Source of the DNA: a virus
Taxonomy: Duplodnaviria > Caudoviricetes
Length of the DNA stretch: 64,000 nucleotides
Virus record (IMG/VR): IMGVR_UViG_3300028129_000010
Span: 9,178 to 73,177 of that record
Direction: 5' to 3' (one strand)
Part shown: positions 31,230-39,400 of the stretch, in pieces
How the letters are laid out: each line of letters starts with the position of its first letter
Numbering within the stretch: position 1 is the first letter of the stretch
Translations under genes and position numbers: made by a program
The notes under the pieces: model-generated
What the model saw: the letters and a program-made list of their open reading frames with translations, nothing else
Told to the model about the DNA's origin: nothing
Database searches by the model: none

Positions 31230-32327
31230 TTAAGCACTTGTGTCAGCCTTTTCTTCAACAACTTCTCTTTCAATTGTGAAATCAGCTGCTTCTGAATTAA
31301 GCCTAGAAAGGATATAATCCTTATGCTCTTTTTTGTAAGTATCAATTTTTCCTGGGTTCCAATATCCATGTGGTGTTGATGCTAATTTACCATGTTCTTC
31401 TACACCGTTAACTTGATTCTTTTCACATCTAACTTTAGTTTCAATACCAAACTGGTATGTCTCACCACCAGATGTAGCTTTCAATTTAACAGTTGAGTGA
31501 GTTAAGATACCACCAAAGTGAACAATAACTCTTGGTGAATAGAAAAACGCTTCTCCACCCTTGTGTTTGATAACTGTATTTATGTTGTCTAACCAAATCT
31601 TTTGAACAACAGCAAAAGTATTAGTATACTGTTTACCCATTCTTCTAGATGCTGGTAATCTATGGTTTACCAATGATTTAAATGCAGTCTCCATAGAACC
31701 AGCATTCCATTGATTATTGCTAGATTTAGACATAACTGATTGGAATCCATTAAGTGAACCTACAGAATCCCAAAGGAAACATAAATTTCTATCTAAATCA
31801 CCAACTTCTTGAGCGTCTAATAACTCAGTCATAAGTCTAGCAATGTCTTCAATAATAGGTTCAAATCTAAGTGGTTTAGTTCCAACTTTACCATTAGAGT
31901 AATCAACATTTTGGTAACGTTTTAAAAGGTCATCACCATTTAAGAAAATAAAGTCACCTTCATAATCTATAATCTCACCAGTCTCCTCATCAACAACTTC
32001 TTCAAATTGTACCCCGATATTTCTAGCGTGCTCCCAAGACCAGTTACCTTCAGTTTCCATAATAACTGGTAAATCACCAATCTTTTGTGCTCCAGCAACA
32101 GCTTCGTAAATAGCTGTAGATTTACCTGTATTAGAATATCCTCTAAATGATGTAAAATATCCTCTAGCTAAACCTGGAATCTTAAGTGCTTCATGAAATG
32201 ATTCTGATAACGGAATCCAAGTAAGGTCTTTCTCTTTAACAGTAATGTCCATTCCATTTGTCTTTTTAAAACTAGATAAATCAAAATTCTTTTTTTCAAT
32301 ACTTTTTTTAGGTGCTTTTTTAGCCAT
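31230..32327 (-). CDS. RecA/UvsX-like recombinase
   Basis: GLARGYFTSFRGYSNTGKST Walker A; ETEGNW; FLWDSVGSL Walker B; KGGEAFFYSPRV; CEKNQV. Likely start is MAKK (32327); the track starts at 32333. Confidence 0.88.
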   Translation of the reverse strand: MAKKAPKKSIEKKNFDLSSFKKTNGMDITVKEKDLTWIPLSESFHEALKIPGLARGYFTSFRGYSNTGKSTAIYEAVAGAQKIGDLPVIMETEGNWSWEHARNIGVQFEEVVDEETGEIIDYEGDFIFLNGDDLLKRYQNVDYSNGKVGTKPLRFEPIIEDIARLMTELLDAQEVGDLDRNLCFLWDSVGSLNGFQSVMSKSSNNQWNAGSMETAFKSLVNHRLPASRRMGKQYTNTFAVVQKIWLDNINTVIKHKGGEAFFYSPRVIVHFGGILTHSTVKLKATSGGETYQFGIETKVRCEKNQVNGVEEHGKLASTPHGYWNPGKIDTYKKEHKDYILSRLNSEAADFTIEREVVEEKADTSA

Positions 32328-32352
32328 AATCATATTAATTAAATTCTTAGTT

Positions 32353-32378
32353 AAAAAAGGTGACCCAAAAGAGTCACC
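32353..32378 (-). terminator. Intrinsic terminator after SSB gene
   Basis: Minus strand GGTGACTC-TTTT-GGGTCACC-TTTTTT. Confidence 0.8.
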
Positions 32379-32397
32379 CAGTTATAGTTTATAACCA

Positions 32398-33348
32398 TTA
32401 AAATGGTAAATCATCATCTTCTCCAGAATCATATGAAGAAGTAGTATTAGATTCAACAACGGCTGTTGCAACGCTAGGCGCTTCAGTTGTTGTTGTATTT
32501 TCTACAGTTGTATTTCTTGTATTTGTTGTATTAACATCATTACCCATAGTTAATTCAGAGTCTAAATCATCAATCTCATTCTGATTAACTTCAGCGTTTT
32601 GTTTTTCTTTAGATACAAACTTTTCCTTTTCTTTACTCCATACTGGAGTTTCACCACCAACAACGATTGCTAGATAATCATAGTTCCTAGTGCTATAAAC
32701 ATCTCTCCAAGTTCTTTTATCTGAAACCAAAGAATTTTTAGTGGTCTCATCTGAACTTAGTGGTACTGACTCAATAGGGTAAGTAATTGATTGTACAACT
32801 GGTCTATTGTTCTGGTCTCTTGCGATGTTAATTAATAAATCTCTACCAGTTTCGGTGTCTGTAATATCATGTTGTACAGCCTTAATAGCTCCCATGATTT
32901 TATCCATAGTACCAGTTTTTCTGTAATCGTGGTTAAATCTCCAAAACTTAACACCTTCAGATTCTTTGTCTCTGTCAATTACCTTAACTACATACATCAT
33001 TCTAGGCGAATACTTCTTAGCTAATTCTTTATCACTTTCTTTTCCTGTAGAAAGTAATGCTTGTCTAGCCTCACAAAATGGACATGCTTCACCTTCTTCA
33101 TGTTTAAGACAAGGAAATGTTTTCCACTCACCTTCAACTTGTGCTTTGTGACCCCATAATACCGTGAAAGATGTTTCTTGACCTTCTTCTGGTGGGAGAA
33201 TTCTAATTCTCTTAGTTTCTTGGTTTACACCCTTAGGTAAATAAGTACTGAAATAATTTTTCAAATCGTACTTTTTTGCAGTTGTTCTAGCCCCACCATT
33301 GTGAGAATTCTCATACTGCTTCATCATTGCTTCAAAAACGTTACTCAT
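32398..33348 (-). CDS. Single-stranded DNA-binding protein, T4 gp32-like (316 aa)
   Basis: RIRILPP; CLKH..GE.CPFCE Zn-like motif; YVVKVIDRD..GVKFWRF; DITD.ETGRDL.I; acidic C-terminal EDDDLPF tail. Confidence 0.85.
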   Translation of the reverse strand: MSNVFEAMMKQYENSHNGGARTTAKKYDLKNYFSTYLPKGVNQETKRIRILPPEEGQETSFTVLWGHKAQVEGEWKTFPCLKHEEGEACPFCEARQALLSTGKESDKELAKKYSPRMMYVVKVIDRDKESEGVKFWRFNHDYRKTGTMDKIMGAIKAVQHDITDTETGRDLLINIARDQNNRPVVQSITYPIESVPLSSDETTKNSLVSDKRTWRDVYSTRNYDYLAIVVGGETPVWSKEKEKFVSKEKQNAEVNQNEIDDLDSELTMGNDVNTTNTRNTTVENTTTTEAPSVATAVVESNTTSSYDSGEDDDLPF

Positions 33349-33394
33349 AATAATTTAATTTTAATTTTTGTTTTGTTATTTAATAATTTTTTTC

Positions 33395-33453
33395 GTAATA
33401 AAGCGTAATATTTATAATTTGTAATATTCGTATTAGTAATAGTTTTCGTAATA
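33395..33453 (-). repeat. Five GTAATA (TATTAC on coding strand) direct repeats in the SSB leader
   Basis: Copies start at 33395, 33405, 33421, 33436 and 33448; three are preceded by C. Confidence 0.65.
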
Positions 33454-33500
33454 TTCTTATTAATAATATTTTTGCATTATCATGAACATTTTTGTTATCC

Positions 33501-33508
33501 CAAATATA
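33501..33508 (-). promoter_or_regulatory. Bacteroidota -7 element (TATATTTG) upstream of the SSB/RecA/exonuclease operon
   Basis: CAAATATA on +; the -33 element is only partially matched (TTTA). Confidence 0.55.
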
Positions 33509-33602
33509 CTATAATTTTTTTAAAAGTAAAGTAGTTTTAAGATATTTTTTTATTCTTATTTACAAAGTTAACATATACTTTAACTTAATGCAACTATTAT
33601 AT

Positions 33603-33638
33603 AAAAAAAAATGGGAATTATTAAATAACCCCCATTTT
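33603..33638 (-). terminator. Intrinsic terminator after the 248-aa acidic gene
   Basis: Minus strand AAAATGGG...CCCATTTT followed by a T-run. Confidence 0.75.
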
Positions 33639-33663
33639 ATTATAGTTTTATAATTATATTTAA

Positions 33664-34410
33664 TTATATCTCATCTTCAATATAATCATTATCATCTAAT
33701 GATGTTTTCATATCAACTTCACTGTAATCAGAATCAACATCATCTTTAGTTAATAAATATTCTTTTGGTTCTTCTTCACCTTCTTTATCCATAATATCAT
33801 ACTTACCTTCTTGACTACCCCAGAAATCAGTTAATTTTAAATTATATGGATAAGAGTCAAGTGAACGCATTTCAATCTTCTCTTCTGGAGTTGGTGCTCT
33901 TTTTTCTAATTCACCTTCTAATGATTCAATCTTATCTGAAATTGCTTCCATTGACTGTAATTGCCCTTCAAGGTTTCCAACCATACTCATTAGTTGGTCA
34001 ATCTTTTCATTTGCAGCATCCGCTGATACTTTAGCTTCTTCTGAACCCTTAACTAATTCTGTTACGTCTAATTCAACTTCGTCACCAGATGGTTCTTCCA
34101 TGTCTAATTCAACTTCGTCACCAGATGGTTCTTCCATGTCTAATTCAACTTCGTCACCAGATGGTTCTTCCATGTCTAATTCATCTTCAGGTGCTTCTTC
34201 ATCACCAAACCCTAAATCTGCTTCAGGTGCTTCTTCATCAGATGGTTCTTCCATGTCTAATTCATCTTCAGGTGCTTCTTCATCTTCTTCATTCATACCT
34301 AGAATTAGATTTTCATCTTCTTCTTTATCTTCGTAGAATGAATATTCAGATATTAATTTAAATTTCTTAATTTCTTCATTAAGTAATTCTTTGTTTATTT
34401 TTTTTCTCAT
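33664..34410 (-). CDS. Highly acidic repeat-containing protein, possible head scaffold/internal protein (248 aa)
   Basis: ELDMEEPS(G)DE repeats, coiled-coil segment, N-terminal LLNEEIKKFKLISEY. Confidence 0.55.
   Translation of the reverse strand: MRKKINKELLNEEIKKFKLISEYSFYEDKEEDENLILGMNEEDEEAPEDELDMEEPSDEEAPEADLGFGDEEAPEDELDMEEPSGDEVELDMEEPSGDEVELDMEEPSGDEVELDVTELVKGSEEAKVSADAANEKIDQLMSMVGNLEGQLQSMEAISDKIESLEGELEKRAPTPEEKIEMRSLDSYPYNLKLTDFWGSQEGKYDIMDKEGEEEPKEYLLTKDDVDSDYSEVDMKTSLDDNDYIEDEI
34066..34183. repeat. Three exact 36-bp coding tandem repeats
   Basis: GTCTAATTCAACTTCGTCACCAGATGGTTCTTCCAT at 34066, 34102 and 34138, with no spacers. Confidence 0.9.
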
Positions 34411-34429
34411 CTTTAAAAACTATTTTTAA

Positions 34430-34615
34430 TTAGAAAAGAAGTTGTCTACCATCTTCTGTAATTATTTTTTTATTAATTCTTTCTACAAGGCTCTTATCAT
34501 CTTTAATTACACATGTACCAGAACTACAATCCATTTCTTGATTTTCTAATTGTTTTTGTTTTTCCTCGTCAGTTAGAAAATTATCTAATCCTTTTTTTAA
34601 ATTTTTATCATTCAT
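34430..34615 (-). CDS. Small hypothetical protein (61 aa)
   Basis: ORF with CxxxxC and C-terminal IITEDGRQLLF; TATTTAT motif upstream. Confidence 0.6.
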   Translation of the reverse strand: MNDKNLKKGLDNFLTDEEKQKQLENQEMDCSSGTCVIKDDKSLVERINKKIITEDGRQLLF

Positions 34616-34662
34616 ATCTAATAAATTTAATATATAGTTATACTAATAAATATATGAGAATA

Positions 34663-35064
34663 TTAAAAAATCCTCTTTATAGGGGATATGTTCAATGTAT
34701 CATTACTATATAATAATACTTTACCTTGATAGTCATCCCAATTGATTTTAACTGATTTATAATCTATATTACCCAAATAACCACCACTTTGTATTTCAAT
34801 CAGCTTATTTAATGCGTTAATGGTATAGATACAATCACCTTTCTTATGGATTGGTATTGCGCTTGGGAATAAATTTTTAAGGTTTAATTTTCTACCTTCT
34901 CTTATAACAAATTTAAATGTTACAATTAATTTTGATTCGTCATCTTCGTTTTTATATACAAAAACTCTATCTCTTGGTATTGAGAATCTATTTTCTAAGT
35001 AGTCTAAAAACCATTCAAGTCTTTCTGGAAATATAAAAGATGCTAATAATATTGTCTTATCCAT
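34663..35064 (-). CDS. Hypothetical protein (133 aa)
   Basis: ORF overlapping the upstream gene's stop. Confidence 0.6.
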   Translation of the reverse strand: MDKTILLASFIFPERLEWFLDYLENRFSIPRDRVFVYKNEDDESKLIVTFKFVIREGRKLNLKNLFPSAIPIHKKGDCIYTINALNKLIEIQSGGYLGNIDYKSVKINWDDYQGKVLLYSNDTLNISPIKRIF

Positions 35065-35653
35065 GTTTTCTTATCGAATATAAAACTGGGATAAACTTGA
35101 GTTCATCGTCAAGCATCCCTATGTTATTCTTATATTCTATAAGTATCTCGTTATTGGATAAAAAATCAATTGATGCAGTTTTAATCTTATCAATGAATTT
35201 ATCAACATCACCGTTAATGAATTTTATTTGTCTTAAATCAAAACCAAATATATATTTATCTGAATATATATAGAGCATCTTATCTGTAAGAAATGATATA
35301 TTTTTATCGAAGCTTTTTATTTTATCAAAAATCTTTTTGATTTTTCTTTCATTAAAAAGTATTACATCAACAAAGATGTATTCTATTGTATTCGTTAAAT
35401 GTTTATATGAATTTTCTATGAAGTAGAATAGGTCTTCTTCGAATAACCCTCTCTTTTCTTTCTTTGAGAACGTCCAGTAATTTAAATCATTTATTTTTCT
35501 ATCAATATAATTTAAATCACCATATGATTGTGTGGCATTATCTATGCCAATAACCAACGTTGGGATTCCTTCAATAATCTTATCAAAAGAATCCACAACA
35601 TTAAAGTTTTCATCTACCTTAATATTATCTATTGTTACAATATTACCAATCAT
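35057..35653 (-). CDS. Hypothetical protein (198 aa)
   Basis: ORF directly downstream of a consensus Bacteroidota promoter. Confidence 0.6.
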   Translation of the reverse strand: MIGNIVTIDNIKVDENFNVVDSFDKIIEGIPTLVIGIDNATQSYGDLNYIDRKINDLNYWTFSKKEKRGLFEEDLFYFIENSYKHLTNTIEYIFVDVILFNERKIKKIFDKIKSFDKNISFLTDKMLYIYSDKYIFGFDLRQIKFINGDVDKFIDKIKTASIDFLSNNEILIEYKNNIGMLDDELKFIPVLYSIRKHG

Positions 35654-35658
35654 TAAGG

Positions 35659-35690
35659 CAAATATAATAAAAAATAACTAAAAATACAAA
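35659..35690 (-). promoter_or_regulatory. Bacteroidota housekeeping-sigma promoter
   Basis: On +: CAAATATA (35659-66), 20 nt, CAAA (35687-90), i.e. TTTG-N20-TATATTTG on the minus strand. Confidence 0.75.
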
Positions 35691-36440
35691 TTATTTGTTG
35701 CTACCATTACCTCCACCTCCAGATTTTAAATCTGATGTGAAACTTAAGTCAGAAACTTCATTACTTAAATCCCTTTCTGAATATCCATATCTTGTACCGT
35801 TTTCACTTTTACCTGGTCCTTTACAACCACCACTTGATTGTTTACAACCACCACCACTTCTTTCTTTTATACATCTACAATCGTCTAGCTTTTCTGGGAA
35901 TGGTGCATAACCAGTTTTCCAAAGTTCAAAACCAGCACTCTTAATTTTTGGTCTTCTAATAAATTCATCAAATGGGAATGTGTATGGGTCTATTTTTCTA
36001 CCAGGTGAAATCCAATGATGCCCAGTAATATATTTTAAATTAGGTATTGATTCTTTTAAATCTAAAATTAAGTTAGCACAAGCCGTTATCTGTTGATTAT
36101 TAAATTTATTATTACCTTCAGTACCTAACATACTAAATGATATACCAATACTATAAGAATTAACAAATCTACCTTTAGGTCCGTATGAATTACCAGCATG
36201 ACTAAGTTTTCTAGTAGCTGGGGCACCCTGATATATCTTACCTTGTTTATCTATTAAAAAATGATAACCATAACCCTTACTTTTAAGTGTTGTAACATCA
36301 CTAGTAATACTAGCACCAGCAGTCCAATGTAATACAATAGTGTTAATATCATCTATATCCATACTTTTTTTATTTAAAAAATATGGTTGTATTAATTTAA
36401 AATCTTCATTTTTAACATTCTCAAATGGTTGTATTGCCAT
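35691..36440 (-). CDS. N-acetylmuramoyl-L-alanine amidase (Amidase_2 family; endolysin or virion lysin, 249 aa)
   Basis: IVLHWTAG; YHFLIDKQGKIYQ; SHAG; NSYSIGIS; ITGHHWISPGRKIDP (Zn ligands H, H, D). Confidence 0.88.
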   Translation of the reverse strand: MAIQPFENVKNEDFKLIQPYFLNKKSMDIDDINTIVLHWTAGASITSDVTTLKSKGYGYHFLIDKQGKIYQGAPATRKLSHAGNSYGPKGRFVNSYSIGISFSMLGTEGNNKFNNQQITACANLILDLKESIPNLKYITGHHWISPGRKIDPYTFPFDEFIRRPKIKSAGFELWKTGYAPFPEKLDDCRCIKERSGGGCKQSSGGCKGPGKSENGTRYGYSERDLSNEVSDLSFTSDLKSGGGGNGSNK

Positions 36441-36454
36441 AACATTATAATTTA

Positions 36455-39400
36455 TTAAATTATTATTCCTCCACTACTTTCTTGTAATGTAAAGTTACTA
36501 TCATAAACTTTTCCAGTTCTACCTTTTTTAGTTTCTACTTGATTTAAGTAACCTAAAAGACCACTAAATAATTCACTCTTAGTTATTAATGGTGTTTTTG
36601 TTCTTTTAACTCTAACACCCTTAAAATTAGTTTGCATATTGTGTGGTGTTATACTGTGAGTCACTTTAAATATATTATATGTACCTCTAAACATAGGCAC
36701 ATTTGATAATTGAAAGTACATGAATGGTTGAATCATAGCATTACCCATCATATCAACTTCACATGTGTATGCTCTATTTTGATATACATTCCATAAATTC
36801 TGACCATTATATGATGGTTTTGTTTTATCCCCTAATTTAGTTAAATTTTCAACAGTATTTAAACTTTCAAGTGTTGCTGTAAATTCGCTTTGGTCTAATT
36901 TAAGATTTTTGAAATATGACTGATTTTGTTTAGCGTAACTAACTAAGAAATAAGGTATATTCGTATTATTATCATTTTTCTCTGTTAGAAAATCATTTGG
37001 TAATTTTGTAGTTGAATATCCGTTATTATCATAATCAATAATAAATGAATCGTCTGGGTGTGATGAATCTTCACCCATATCTAAGTGATTAGATATTTGA
37101 CCAGAATACATACAAACAAATGAAGGTCCTTGAGATATTGATTTAGCCTTACTATATGGGTATGGTTTAAAAACATCTATAACATCATTAATATCACTAT
37201 AATTTATAAAATTAGGTAGAGGTATAAAGTTAAAGTTATTATCCCTTAATATTGTATCTAGTAAATTAAAGACTGATTTATTTGGTTTACCTAAAATTAA
37301 TTCTTTAACCATATATGGGTTTATATAAAATTTATCACCAATATCATTATATGACCTGTCAATAAATCTAAATGTATTAAATAAACCTTCTTTTTTAATA
37401 TTACTACTGCATGATGCTACTGGTAGGTTAGAGTCATTACCAGCAATCCATTTATTATATACTGAAGATAATTCCCTATATATTGTTAGTTTTATTAAAT
37501 CATCATCAATAGTATTAAATATTTGTTGTTCTATTTTATCTTGTTCTTTTTCTAATACTTTATCATAATCTTTAGCTAATGTTTTAAATCTAGATAAGAA
37601 TCCGTTTAGATATACATCAAATTGGTCTTTATTAACCCATAGTTTTGAATATCTTTTTTTTGTACTAATATAATTATTATACCTAAATATTTCTGGTTTA
37701 CCATTTAAAATCCAGACATATTCAGCTATTAAATTTTTAATTAAATCAGCACCTTTTGTTCCATTTCTATTTACTAGTGTAAATTGATAAGCATTAAGTT
37801 GGTCCCATGTACCCCATCCTGGATAATTAGCACTACTAATAAAATCCGCTTGTGCAGTAATATTAACATAGTTTTTAATACCATCACCTTGTGTATAAAC
37901 CTTATCATCAAAAATATTTCTTAAATCTGATACCTTAACTTTTTTAGTGTAATCTGTAACAAGAGCATTTGTTGGTTTATGTTGAATAATTTTTAAATCA
38001 TTATATAGTTTTTCCCATTCACTAAATTCCCAGTCCTCTGGTTTTTCAGTATATAATAATTCATATTGTCTTCTAACTTCAACAAACGCACCTTTAGAGA
38101 AATCTTGAAAAACTTTTTTAAATTTATCTTTAACTTCTTTTGGTAGATTTATAATAGTTTTGTCAATATCTGGATATTTGTCAGCTCCAATATTAAAATT
38201 CATACCAGATATTCTTTCTTCACTGGTTTCATATAGGTACTCATAGTACTTTGGTAATACTGTGTCTTCATCTTGCCATGGTAAAAAATATTTTTCTGAG
38301 GTGTTACCAGTAAACCTTAATATATCATTACCTTTTGAACCTTCTTCATATCTATAAATTATACCACCTATAAATGCACACCATAATTTAGGTGCTTTTA
38401 TGAATGACCCATAGTTTGAAAACAATCCCTTTAGTGTTGGTGAGTCGTCTTCTTCATAAAAAGATTCATCTTTATTTATTTCATTATATCTATCAAATAA
38501 ACTAACATCTATAGTATCATATGCATTAGCACTTAAATCACCAATATCACCTATAAGTCCTTGCCATCCAAAACTATGTAAGAATAAGAAGGCTCTAGCT
38601 TCATTAGTCTCTTGTTCATAATAAAATCTAGACCCAAATAAACTAAAATAACGTAAACCGTTTTGATTGGTTAAGTCATCTTGTATTCCAAACTCTATAA
38701 AAGGAACATATGTTTTATCTCTATTTTCAACACTATAATTTTTATGTTCTTCAGTTAAATAACCTAACAACTCTCTTTGTTTTACGTAATTATTTGGTTG
38801 TAAATCTTCGTTATTATTAGTATTGTAATTCCTAGAAGTTACAAGGTTAAAGTTTATACCATCATATTCTGAATTTAAATTATCATAATCATATTGATAA
38901 CGTTTTTTTAATTTATCATAACCATCACATAAGTATGTACCAAAATTATCAGCAAAAGACCCAACTCTTTGAGACCAATAAGCACATAATACTGATGATA
39001 CATTAGATGGTACATCTCTTTTTGGGAAATGTTTTGCATCTAATTTTCTATCTCTATCACCACCACCGCTTGAATCATATTGTATATCTGATATTTCAGT
39101 AGTTTTTACTCTACCGTTATAAGTGAATAAATCTGTACCTTCAGAATATGTATCAAAATCTTCTATAATAGCTGTTGGTTCAGGATATATTTCATTATAT
39201 GTTGGTTTTCTTAATGTAAATTGTTTTATATATGCTTCACTATCAACACCAAAAGCATTTAATATAGATTTTTTTTCTTTATCAAAAAATGTTGTAGCAA
39301 AGTCTGGTAATGTTCTTTGTTCTTCATAGTCGTCTTTATCAAGTATTTTAAAATATTCATCACTACCAACACTTGTTGTGATGCTTTTATTTGTAATGCT

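Noticed and set aside
24935-32333. Inteins or group I introns in nrdA, nrdB, helicase or RecA
   Set aside because: All have ordinary lengths and continuous motifs; no intein C/S...HN-C/S/T junctions or interrupted frames were seen.
34066-34183. 36-bp repeats as a CRISPR array
   Set aside because: The units are contiguous with no spacers, are a multiple of 3, and lie in frame inside a CDS; no cas genes are recognisable.
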